Shown here in pieces: positions 26,871 to 38,946 of a DNA stretch of 64,000 bases. This stretch comes from Leucoraja ocellata (Eukaryota). Numbering within the stretch: the first letter of the stretch is position 1; each line of letters opens with the position of its first letter. The stretch is from contig JAWMAR010002945.1 in the NCBI GenBank assembly GCA_036785375.1, positions 1 through 64,000 of the forward strand. Direction: 5' to 3'. The notes under the pieces were generated by a model. The model was given only the letters and a program-made list of their open reading frames with translations, searched no databases and was not told where the DNA came from. A program made the translations under genes and the position numbers.

Positions 26871-27142
26871 CTGCAGATGAGAAATAGGAAGCTTACAAAC
26901 CGGACAAGGTCTGGTGTTGTCGTCACCGATCACCTGGACTCTAACAACTTGCATTCATTTTCCAGACTCACTTTATTGACGTGTGCATAAGGAGAGCAGC
27001 ACAGTCCCACTTACCTGCTGCTCTGTAATTCCATTCAGCATTTATACAGAGTTTGACCCTTGAAATTATGCGCACACTCTAATTTCTTATAATTGAACAC
27101 AATACATTTTCCACAACACTTATACAAATACATTAACACTAA

Positions 27143-29897
27143 TGGCCCTGTCTCACGGTGTGAGTCCACCTACGAGTGATCCCGAGTGAATGAAAAAATC
27201 AAACTCGTGGTTGTCTACGAGATTCCAAGTTTATTTTCACGAGTTTAAACGCGTTCCCATGTGTATGTCTAAGTTTGCCATTTACTTCTCATTACTGCGA
27301 TGTACCAAGTTACTCTCCAGAGTTACCAAGCTCCTCTCCAGAGTTACTCTTGAGCCAACAACGACTGCCGACGTGTGGAAAAATCATCACATGGTAAAAA
27401 TGATGTCATGCAGTTTTTTTTTCACTCAAAAAAAACCCAGCCTGAAGAACAATCTCGATTCAAAACATCACCTATTTCTTTTCTCCAGAGATGCTGCCTG
27501 ACCAGTTGAGTTAGTCCATCATTTTGTGTCTATCTTTGGTTTAAACTGGTATCTGCAATTCCTTCCTTCAAACTTTTAGAGCAGTTTGTTTCAAGAAACA
27601 ATCCTTCCAAAATTGCATTCAAAAGTCCACTTGAACAGCATTTGTCATTGAAAGGCAGAGGCTATTTTGTGTCGGGAGGAACTGCAGATGCTGGTTTACA
27701 CCGAAGATAGATACAAAAAGCTGGAGTAACTCAGCGGGACATGCAGCATTTCTGGAGAGAAGGAATGGGTGACGTTTCTGGTCGAGTCCCTTCTTCAGAA
27801 TGAAAAAACCTTTCGATCTTTCTCTCCACAGATGCTGCCGGCTTGGCTTAGTTACTGCAGCTTTTTGTGTCTAGTAAGATTATTTTATTCCCTTAATTTA
27901 TCTCTCATCAAAACGTTGGTAAACTTCTAACAAAAAGAGTAGGTAAATTGAACTTTAACGTTATTTTTTCTCCCAACAGCAAGGTCCGTAGACCAGAGGG
28001 ATAGCAGTGTGTGTGTCTCTACTCACCCAGTATGTCCGTCAGAACAGGGATCCCACCATTGCGACTTAAACTGTATAAAAAGCAGCGGCTCACAACATTG
28101 CTGATTGGGCAGATCTGCTCAGAAACCACCCCTTTCACACTCACCCCAGCCCTGGAAAACAACATTTTCAGAGCTCTACAGTCACTCAAGCCCGCCAGCG
28201 AACCGCTGAATGAAAGACAAAGCTCAGATGTGCTCTTCAGCAGTGGCATCCCAGAGTTTCCCAGCTCCTGGCCCAAGTTTCAATTTAAACTCAGGTAAAC
28301 TGATTTTTTATTTAAAACCCAAATACAATTGGACCTTAATTGTAAATATGAGAATGTTTTCCTATATTGTACGGTAGACTATCATCCAGTGTAGATACCA
28401 TCATTTATTGGAAAAATATGAATATACAAAAACAGGGGTTAGTTAAAAATTGGAGTCATATCCCATCTACAGCTCACGTTCTCTTGCTGTGTTTCTAAGA
28501 AAGGTCATTAAGGACTTATGTTATGCGTTTTTCTTGGACTGAAACCAACCCATTTACAACATAAAGCTGTGGGTAACTTTTTAGTAGAATACTTGTGATG
28601 TAAAGAACCAGAAATTAAGTTATTTTACATAACACACAAAAATAACTCTGGTCTTAATTACCAATGCAGCTTGTGAACTTATTTGCGGGTGCGGCAGCAT
28701 CTATGGAGCGAAGGAAATAGGCAACGTTTCAGGCCAAATCCCTTCTTCAGACTGAAGAAGTGTTTCAGCCCGAAACGTTGCCTATTTCCTTCGCTCCATA
28801 GATGCTGCTGCACCCACTGAGTTCCTCCAGCACTTTTGTCTACCTTCGATTTTGCAGCATCTGCAGTTCCTACTTGAACTTGTGAACTTATTTTGTGAAC
28901 TTCCCCACTGAATGCTTCCTATCTTTTGCAAGCATATTGCACGGGTTAGTACAAATACAGTTAAAACTCTGAATAACAACATGCCATGAAGGAGCTTCCA
29001 AAGATTCATTTATCAAGAAGCTAGAGTAACTAAGCACGACAGGCGGCATCTCTGGAGAGAAGGAATAGGTGACGTTTCGGGTCGAGACCCTTCTTCGGAT
29101 TAAACATGCATCTGCAGTTCCTCCCCATTTATAATTTTGACATTTATAAAATTCCCATTTATAAAATTATAAAATAAAATCCCATTTACAACATTGTTTT
29201 GAGCAATTGTTCTCTAACGCGGACAGACTGGGTGGAAAGTGATGCCTGACAAAATTCCCCTGTATAACGCATCAGTCTTCAATAACTGATGTTAATGTGT
29301 CGGATATAAATCCTGAGATCGGACACCTGTCCCATATATCTGCTTCTCCATAAAAAGTGCATTAACCCAACAGGGTTTCATGGCACCGTTTCAATGTGAA
29401 AAGGTAAAGTTCTGAAGGGAACTAATTCACTCTCACAATGCAGCTTTCCCAACACTGTATGGTTCATTCCTTTTACCACTGTTTCTCAGATCCCCAGTGC
29501 TTTTTGCTCTTTAACAGTGAATTATTAGATCACTGTAAAATGTTCCATTAAGATCTGACTAATCTTCAACATTTCACTTTTGGCACTCAGGCCAAACCCA
29601 CGAGTTACTCACAAGTCACTACAGTAAACTCACGGGCTACTACGGTATTACAAGGAGTTTAAAAGTTTCACATTTTTCCTTCAAGAGTAAATTTGACTCA
29701 TGGAAATCTTTCAAAATGTTGAACATTTTTCACGAGTTAACAAGTTTCCCGAGTACCTGCCGTTAGCGTTACGAGTCGCTAAGTTACGTCCACGAGTTCC
29801 AACGTTCCCGCTACATTAATTCTACGTGATTACCACGAGTTTGATTTGTTTTTAACTCGGGATCACTCGTGGGTGGACTCGCACCGTGAGATGGGTT
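27143..29897. mobile_element. Long-TIR non-autonomous DNA element (Harbinger-like) with nested repeats
   Basis: 27143-27230 is the reverse complement of about 29820-29897 (TCTCACGGTG.GAGTCCACC.ACGAGTGATCCCGAGT). Confidence 0.65.
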
Positions 29898-31390
29898 TAA
29901 CACAAATAAAAATACATGCTGTTCAATTCTTTATTGGTATTTAATTTTAGTGCACCATAGAAAGCATTTTATCAGGATGCATCACAGCATGGTTTGGAAA
30001 CAGCTCCATCCAAGAAATGGCAGCGAATTGTGGTTGCAGCCCAGATCATCACACAAACCAACCTCCCTTCCACTGACTCCATTTACATCTCATGCTGCCT
30101 CGGCAAGGCCAGCAGCATAATCAAGGACCAGTTGCACCCTGGCCACTCTCTCTTCTCCCCTCTCCCATCAGGAAAATAGGTATAGAAGTGTGAATACGCA
30201 CACCTCCAGATTCAGGGACAGTTTCTTCCCAGCTGTTATCAAACAACTAGATCGCAATCCTGAGCTATCATCTACCGCACTGGAGACCATCGCACTATGT
30301 TTAATCGGACATTATGTTGCACAAAACATTCTTCCCTTTATCATGTATCTGTATACTGTGGATGGCTTGATTGTAATTATATAGTCTTTCTGTGACTGGT
30401 TAGCACGCAACAAAAAGCATTTTCACTGTACCTCGGTCTACGTGACAATAAACTAAACCAAACCAAACATCCCTCGGCCCACACATTGGGCATTGCATCC
30501 CCCACCATAGACCTTCCACCATCGACACTTCACGCTGCCTCAGGAAAGCAGCCAACATCATCAAGGAATCCTCACATCCCAGTCATTATCTCTACTCCCC
30601 TCTCCAGAAGATACAAGAAGCTTGAATACACATAGCAGCAAATTCAAGGACAGATTTACTTTAAGCACCGACAGGCAGATGTTTAATTGTAACATTGCAA
30701 TAGAAGAGTTACCAATGATGAGTTGTCTCTTTTATTCAACATCATCCGTGCACACCCACTGAGGACAGAGACTCCTCAAACAACCATCCCCCTTGTTGGA
30801 CACAGATGTCATGTGTGGCTCAGTGGTGAGCAATGTCACCTCATGAAAGCTGCTGTCTTTGGGATGAGGCTTTAAGGAGGTGCTTCTCAGGTATATGTCA
30901 GCAATGCCACAACTTGACCACGAGAGTTCTGCTCAGAGTCCTGAGCTAATATTTATCCTGAAACCAAACAGCTAAACACAGGTGGGCTGTGGGAGAGCTG
31001 GGAAGGGGAGGGGAAAGAGGGAGAAAGCAAGCACTACCCGACGCAGGAGATCTGCCCAGATTTGGTTTGCCGTGTGTGAGCTGGCATCAGGTACATTGTC
31101 ACAGCTGGGCAAGGAAAGACCACGGACCAATCAGTTCACCTTGTGTCACCCTGACGGTCACACGGCACAGTGATAATGGAGTTAACGATCACAATCAATC
31201 TCTGTCTTCAACTGGTCCAGGCGTGGGTGTGAGAACACCCAATGGTGGAAGGTTTTGGACACATTGATCCAACAACAACTATTTCTCCCAGAATGTGCTT
31301 CTCCTAGAATGTGCACACCTCACATCCCAAGCTACCCATGTACTGCCACCCAAAACACAGACACGCACACAAAACCTTTTTCACATCACA

Positions 31391-31396
31391 TTTATT
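31391..31396 (-). terminator. Poly(A) signal of long secretory form
   Basis: AATAAA about 300 nt after the CH6 stop, followed by a GT-rich downstream element. Confidence 0.75.
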
Positions 31397-31688
31397 GATC
31401 TTGTATTGATACATTGACACATACATAGATTTAATACCTCGTGTGATCCCATACAGGGTTAAAATCTGTTCAAGCACGGCATAAATAGTTCTGTAAATGT
31501 ATCCAGAAGCTCAGACATTTGTGGTAAATCATGGCTGTGGCTTCATTTGTATGTCGTGTGGCATTATGTTTTTAATGATTTACAAAGGTTCACATTTTGA
31601 TGATGTATTAGGGAACTAACCCACCATCCTCTGGGTCAGTTAATACATCCAGAAATGAACAAAACAAGTGTTTGAGAAATGAATCATG

Positions 31689-32074
31689 TTACACACAAGA
31701 TTTAAAGCTGTCAGTCAGAACAAGTGAGACATTGACCAGGGTGGGTTTGCTGTGAGATTTATTGATGCTTCTGAATAGACTGGTTGTGATGGATCCATGT
31801 CCCACAACACAGGAGAAGGTGGTGCCACTGTTCCAGTCCTCTGGAGAAACCTTCAACTGACTGGTCATGGTGTTCCACCCATTCCTGGTGTCCTTGGTCA
31901 CGGGCTGGTTCACGATCCCTGTCTTCAGAAGGGTGTCGTTGGCCATCCAGGCCACATAGATTTCTGCAGGAGAGAATTTGGTGACCAGGCACGTCAAGGT
32001 AGCAGTCTTATCCGTCTCCACCTCATCCAATGAAGGGGGGAGGAGGTAGACTTGAGGACGTATCTCAACTCCAT
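31689..32074 (-). CDS. IgW: IgW CH6 exon with secretory tailpiece (...SKPTLVNVSLVLTDSFKSCV*)
   Basis: Acceptor CCCAG|AT. PQVYLLPPS start. Tailpiece has an NVS glycan site and penultimate Cys. Confidence 0.96.
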
Positions 32075-32269
32075 CTGGGAACAGAGAGAACCTGAGTTAG
32101 ACTGAATCTGTCGATAATTCTGTACTTACACAATACATTCCAGTCTTATACTGACATGGACCCCGTTTACATCCTGAGGGACCTCAGTTCACCTGGAACT
32201 AAAGGCTTTTCCTTTCTGCTCATTGTAGGGATGTATGGAATAGAAATCATGCCTCTGGTGCATTTTACA

Positions 32270-33025
32270 GGGCGGCATGGTGGCGCAGCGGTAGAATTGC
32301 TGCCTACAATGCAAGAGACATGGGGTTTGATCCCAACTATGGCTGGTGCCTGCATGGAGTTTGTACGTGACCGCGTGGGTTTTCTCCCGGTGCTCAGGTT
32401 TCCACCCACACTACAAAAATATACATGTTCTCTGTATGGCGGGACTGTCATATGCTGAGAGAATGGAGCGGCTGGGCTTGTATACTCTGGAATTTAGATG
32501 GATGAGAAGGAATCAAAACATAAGATTATTAAGGGTGTGGACACGTTAGAGGCAGGAAACATGTTCCCGACGTTCAGGGAGTCAAGAACCAGGGGCCACA
32601 GTTTAAGAATAAGGGTTAAACCATTTTGAACAGAGATGAGGAAACACTTTTTCACAGAGAGTTGTGAATCTGTGGAATTCTCTGCCTCAGAGGGCGGCGG
32701 AGGACGATTTTCTGGATACTTTCAAGAGAGAGCTAGATAGGGCTCTTAAAGATAGTGGAGTCAGGGGATATGGGGAGAAGGCGGGATCGGGGTACTGATT
32801 GGGGATGATCAGCCACGATCACATTGAGTGGAGGTGCTGGCTCGAAGGGCCAAATGGCCTACTCCTGCACCTATTGTTTATTGTCTATTGTTTATAGGCT
32901 AATTGGCTTGGTTTAATTGTAAATTGTCCTTGGTATGTGATGGGTAATGTTAGTGTGCGGGGATCGCTGGTTGGCGTGGACTTGATGGGCCGAAGGGCAC
33001 TGTATCTCTAAACTAAACTGAACTA
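32270..33025 (+). mobile_element. SINE interrupted by a CR1 3' fragment (about 32435-32895)
   Basis: SINE head at 32270, CR1 ERMERLGLYTLEFR remnant, SINE tail resumes at about 32895. Confidence 0.7.
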
Positions 33026-33469
33026 TAGCTTCCAGTGAGTTTAAATTGGTTAGTTAATCAACAGGAACCACTGAATGCTGCGACTCTACAGAAAATGGAA
33101 CCCAGCCCTTGGACCAGCCTGTTTCTGCGCTGTCTGTTCCATCTCCCCTTCTGCTTAAATGATTGGCTGGTGTTTGCCTCAAGCTCCCTGCCCTTCCAGT
33201 CCTGACTCAGTCTGTATCTCAGCTTGTGAAAGTTGCAATTCCCTCTCCCTCGATTCTATCTAAGCAACTCACGCTGAGGGAATAAGTGTGGTAATGGGCG
33301 AGGCTGTCGTGGTGACTTGGGACATTAATGATGTGGTTATTCAGCTGAGTTTAATCTTATTTTCACACTCTCTGACCATCTGTAAGTCCACCCAATATCC
33401 ATTAGATATCCACTGGAGATCAGAAAAATCCAAAGGAATCTGAGAAAAACTATGAAATTCTTAATCGGA

Positions 33470-34684
33470 TTGATGAAGGGGAGCCAGTATATGTATTGTA
33501 TCTAGACTTTCAGAAAGCCTTTGATAAGGTCCCGCACATGAGACTGGTGACTAAAATTAGACCACATGGTATTGGGTAGGGTGTTGCCGTAGATAGAAAA
33601 TTGGTTGGCAGACAGGAAGCAAAGAGTAGGAGTGAACAGGTCCTTTTCAGAATAGCAGGCAGTGGCGAGTGGAGTGCCGCAAGGCTCGTTGCTGGGGCCG
33701 CAACTGTTTACCATATATATTAATGATTTGGAAGAGGGAATTAGGAGTAACACTAGCAAGTTTGCGAATGACACAAAGCTGGGTGGCAGTGTGAACTGTG
33801 AAGAGGATGTTAGGAGGTTGCAGGGTGACCTGGACAGGTTGAGTGAGTGGGCAGATGCGTGGCAGATGCAGTATAATATAGATAAATGTGAGGTTATCCA
33901 CTTTGGTGGCAAAAACAAGGGGACAGATTATTATCTCAATGGAGTTAGGTAAGGGGGATGTACAACGAGACCTGGGTGTCCTTGTACACCAGTCACTGAA
34001 AGTTGGCGTGCAGGTACAGCAGGCAGTGAAGAAAGCTAATGGAATGTTGGCCTTCATAACAAGAGGGTTTCAGTATAGGAGTAGAGAAGTTCTTCTGCAG
34101 TTGTATAGGGCTCTTGTAAGACCACATCTAGAGTATTGAGTACAGTTTTGTCTCCTAATTTGTGGAAGGACATCCTTGTGATTGAGGCAGTGCAGTGTAG
34201 GTTCACGAGATTGATCCCTGGGATGGCGGGACTGTCATATGAGGAAAGATTGAAAAGACTAGGCTTGTATTGACTGGAGTTTAGAAGAATGAGGTGGGAT
34301 ATTATTGAAACATATAAAATTATAAAAAGGACTGGACAAGCTAGAAGCAGGATAAATGTTCCCAATGTTGGGCGAGTCAAGAACTAGGGCTCAGTCTTAG
34401 AATCAAGGGGAGGCCATTTAAGACTGAGGTGAGAAAAAACTTTTTCATCCAGAGAGTTGTGAATTTGTGGAATTCCCTGCCACAGAGGGCAGTGGAGGCC
34501 AAATCACTGGATGGATTTAAGATGCAGTTAGATGGAGCTCTAGGGGCTAGTGGAATCAAGGGATATTGGGAGAAGGCAGGCATGGGTTATTGATTGGGGA
34601 CGATCAGCCATGATCACAATGAATGGTGGTGCTGGGTCGTAGGGCCGAATGGCCTCCTCCTGCACCTATTTTCTATGTTTCTAT
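33470..34684 (+). mobile_element. CR1 LINE 5'-truncated RT/3' end
   Basis: GVPQGSLLGP..KFANDTKLGG..LQLYRALVRPHLEY, with TTTCTATG tail. Confidence 0.9.
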
Positions 34685-35083
34685 GAACAGGTGAGGCAGA
34701 GGAAGAATGTTTCAGATATTGGGGAATCCAGGCCAGGAGATGACAGTCTGAGGTGAAGTTGTGTAGGTGTGAGAGGGGGAGAAATGTCTTCACACAGATA
34801 GTGGTGAACCTGGACATTCTCTGCCACAGACAGCACTGAAGCCCAATTATTAGATATATGCAAGAATGAGGTGGGTCCAGTTCTTAGGGTAAAGGGATCA
34901 AGGGATATGGAGAGAATGCAGGAAGAGAGTACTGAATATGGATGATCAGCCGTGCACATATTGAATGTCTGTGCAGGATTGAAGGGCTGAATGGCCTGCT
35001 CCTGCAATTATTTTCTATGCTGGATGTGATAAGTGTGTCCATTTGCTCAGATCAGACTCGCACCAACCTCTGTCAACACGTAC

Positions 35084-35404
35084 CTGTCAGCTTCTGCAAA
35101 GATCTGCTCTCCGGTGTTAGCAAACTCTTGTCCTCCACAACACAGGTGTACAGAGCCCCACTCTCCCACTCTGGAGCGGGGACCGTCAGTCCGCTGGTGA
35201 TGGTGTCTGTACCTCCGATCCTCTCTACACCACGAGTTGTCACCCCGTCTTCTCTCTTCATTTCATTCACTTGCCAGGTGACCCTGAATCCCTCTAAATC
35301 ACCGTGAACCACCTTACACAGAATGGTGGCTGTCTTGTTGATCCAGATCTCTTCGAAGGAAGGTTTGCTTAAAGTGACCGAGGGGCGGGTATCTGAACAT
35401 TCAT
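35084..35404 (-). CDS. IgW: IgW CH5 exon (DECSDTRPSVTLSKPSFEEIWINKTATILC...YTCVVEDK...QKLT)
   Basis: 321 nt, CCCAG|AT to ACAG|GTACG, open frame. Confidence 0.93.
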
Positions 35405-36402
35405 CTGGGAGAAATCACATTTATTATGTCATCGTTCCCTGATGGAGCAGCTTGCCACTGAAGTATTTTGTGCACATCTCCACTGAATGATATGCTGGTC
35501 CCATCAACATCAGGGAGATTTATCTACATTGATGTAGGAATGAAGCTTCCTATTGATCCCACAAGGAAACCGTGCTAAACAATGTGAATTAACAAGTTGA
35601 CTTTTACATTATTTGACAGTTATGTGATCACTGAACCTGCTACCAGCTATTTACTGAATCAAATGTATAAAATTCCCTCTGAGGAGAGGCAAATCGAGCT
35701 AATGTATGAGGTCAAAATGTTCAGTTCAATTTAGTTTATTGTCACGTGTACCGAGGTACAGTGAAAAGCTTTTGTTGCGTGCTAACCAGTCAGCGGAAAG
35801 TTCTTCACTTTATATTATAAAATGGAAGCAGCGGCATTATTTTATTTAGTCGCGAGTGGACCGGAGTAGGATGAAGAAAGGTCTCGACTCAAAGCCTCAC
35901 CTCCCCATGTCCTCCAGGGATGCTGCCTGACCTGCTGAGTTACTCCAGCATATTGTGTCCTTTCATTTAGTCACAACTGTTTAAATGCATTTTGTATCCA
36001 TGAGGTGTAACTAAACTCTCCTGCTGCTTTGTCAGAATGTAGTGTGTTGCAGCCGGCCTGTTCCAGAGGCTGCTACACATTGCCCAGACTGACTGTAGCC
36101 ACTCTGGGGCAGGGAGAGAGCTGCTCTGCTGGACACCCTGTCACAGCTGAGGCACCCACTGGCATTAAGTACAAAGGCAGAGGGAAAGACCGTTTTGAAG
36201 AAGAGTATTGTGGATCTCCACCGTGTCTGGCCTGTCGACTGGCTTGGATTGCCCTAAAGTTACTAAAGCAATGTCAAAGATACAATTATTTCTGTGGCCA
36301 GATTCACTTACAAGCCCACAACAGGACTGCACCATGTTACAATGCTGCCCATGTGTGGCACAGTTTACAATGTGGAGAATGGAGTGAATCCCAGGAGCCT
36401 AC

Positions 36403-36720
36403 CTTGGATGTTCTTCACATCCTTCGTGATGATGGTGTTGGAGGCGCGATGATACACTGTACAATTGAAACGTGAGCCTGACTTCCAATCCTCTGTACTC
36501 ATGGTCAGGAAGTGGCTGGCACTGAAAGTGCCCGCCTGCTCGAGAGCAGTTGGTGCAGCACTGGTGTTGTTGGAGATCAGGGCACCGTCTTTACTCCAAG
36601 TGACGTTGATGAGGTCTGGGTAGAATCCAGAGACCACACACTCGAGGGTGACCTTGTGGCTATGCTTGGTCTCTTCGTGTGTTTGAAGCAGCAGTCTGAC
36701 TTCAGGTTTATTTGGCTCAA
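36403..36720 (-). CDS. IgW: IgW CH4 exon (VEPNKPEVRLL...CVVSGFYPDLINVTW...FNCTVYH...KNIQ)
   Basis: 318 nt, TTCCAG|TT to CAAG|GTAGG, open frame. Confidence 0.93.
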
Positions 36721-36752
36721 CTGGAACAGAGCAAAATAAATGTTAAACTCTC

Positions 36753-37222
36753 TCATAGAGACATAGAGTGATACAGTGTGGAAACAGGCCCTTCAGCCCA
36801 ACTTGCCCACCCCGGCCAACATGTCCCAGCTACATTAGTCTCTCCCGCCGTGTTTGGTCAATGTCCCTCAAAACCTGTCCCTGTCTGTTTTTTTAATGTT
36901 AGGATAGTCCCTGCCTCAACTACCTCCTCTGGCAGCTTGTTTCATACATCCACCATCCTTTGCGTGAAGAAGTTACCCCTCAGATTCCTATTAAATCTTT
37001 CCCCCTTCACCTTAAACCGATGTCCTCTGGTACTCAATTCACCTACTCTGGGCAAGAGACTCTGTGCATCTATCCAATCTATTTCTCTCATGATTTTATA
37101 CACCTCAATAAGATATTCCCTCATCCTCCGACACTCCAAGGAATAGAGTCCCAGCCCACTCAACCTCTCCCTATAGCTCTCTAGCCCTGGCAACATCCTT
37201 GTAAATCCTCTCTGTACCCTCT
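36753..37222 (-). mobile_element. CR1-type 3' fragment/SINE in the CH3-CH4 intron
   Basis: LYSLECRRMREYLIEVYKI..RGHRFKVKG..GNFFTQR. Confidence 0.78.
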
Positions 37223-37266
37223 CTCTCTATCTGTCACACCCATTTAATCACTGATCTGTTGCCCAC

Positions 37267-37569
37267 CTTTGTTATGGTTGGTCCGCGCTGACACTGGTAA
37301 GGATGATGAAGATTGTTGGGCGAAGCACACAAACTCCACCCCGCTGGTCCACTCCTCGACGCTGGTCCGGAGTTCACTGGTCACAGGGTTTTGGGTGCCT
37401 TCATGGCTCGGTGTACTGGTCACAACTCCTTCACTTCTCTCCTTCCCTCCCACCTTCCAGGTGAGATGGACCTGGCTCGGATCACTACAGATCACTGAAC
37501 ACACCAGCGTAGCGGTCTTGTTGATCCAAATCTCTTTCATGTCAGGATTTTGAATGAAGACGGCCAATG
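37267..37569 (-). CDS. IgW: IgW CH3 exon (ALAVFIQNPDMKEIWINKTATLVC...RTNHNK)
   Basis: 303 nt, CACAG|CA to AAAG|GTGGG, open C1-set domain similar to IgNAR C2. Confidence 0.93.
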
Positions 37570-37625
37570 CTGTGGATCAGAAATGGAAAAGTTCAGAATT
37601 TTAGTTGAGACTCATCTGTTACTAA

Positions 37626-37957
37626 AGGGCCTGTCCCACTTGCGCAACTTTTTCAGCGACTGCCGGCCACCGTCGTAGGTCGTTGCAGGTCGCCCAAAAT
37701 TGTCAACATGTTGAAAATCCAGCGGCGACCAGAACAAGGTACGAACCATTGGGCGACTACTCATGACCATACAGGCTTCACCTATGTCGGCAGGGTGTCA
37801 CCTGTATGGTCGTGAGTATTCTCCTCAGTTGCCCAAAGAGCCGTAGCACCGGTCTGGTCGTAGCTGAATTTTCAACGTTAACATTTTTCAGTGACCTGCT
37901 GCGACTATGACAGGTGCTGGCAATCGCAGAATAAATTGCGTAAGTGGCTCAGGCTCT
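37626..37957. mobile_element. Same-family MITE just upstream of CH3
   Basis: AGGGCCTGTCCCACTT...AAGTGGCTCAGGCTCT, TAA/TTA flanks. Confidence 0.75.
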
Positions 37958-38946
37958 TTATGGAAAGGCAGGGCAGAAATCCAAACAGGTGTCTCATAAA
38001 ATAACTTTAAGATGTTTATGTCATCACATAAAAGACTGATCAATGGCAGATCAAACTATACACTGGCTAGATTTATTGCAAACAGAATAGTAGAAAAACT
38101 CGTGTTAAATAGCAGGTTGAGTGTTTTGACTGAAAAAAACAGAACAAAGGATCCGTCAACTGGGATTTGACTCTCTTTCCCATCACCATGATCAGCTGGT
38201 ACATTACAGGGGCACAATTTGATATGTGCTTTGCTTGGAACCCCTACTGCATCGATTAGTAATACTGAGCAACAGGAATGAGAAAAGCAACTTTTTTCCC
38301 TGTAGGCCAAGCCTGGGATTCCCTCAGTTTAAGAATGTCACATGCTGATATCACAGCCTTACTCTGACCATGTGTCTCACCATCTCTGAAACCTTCACCA
38401 CAAACACAACCTTCAGTAAAGGTGTCATTCTTCCAGCTCAGGGCACTCGTAAACCTGCACTACTTTCACCTTTGTACCACTTGCTGTGTCATGTTGCAGT
38501 GTTGCCCACAAACACCAAAACTCACTCAGCCACAGACTAGTGTCAGTTTAGTGTGACTGTGCTCCAGTGAAGACTTTGAGGCATTTCAGTAATTGATAGA
38601 AATGATCAGAAATAAATTAGTGGCTGACTCTCCAGTGACAGCAGAGCAAATCATAAATGGTTAGAAGTATCAAGGTCCCTCTCCTGCTGCAGATTGGGAT
38701 GAAATTCTGCATTAGATGTATTTTCCCGTTTCACATCAGAATCATTGGGCGAGGAAGAGAATGATTTATTCATTCATTGCCCCTGACTGACCTGCACTGC
38801 CACTTGTCTTCTGAAGCAGCATCATGAGTCTAATTGCACTCAGCTCACTCTTGTGTGTGCACTGTTTACACACTTAGTCACTTGGACCACATGAGCTGAT
38901 TTTGCTCTCAAACACTTATTGTGGAGTGTGATTAGGTTTGCGTCAG

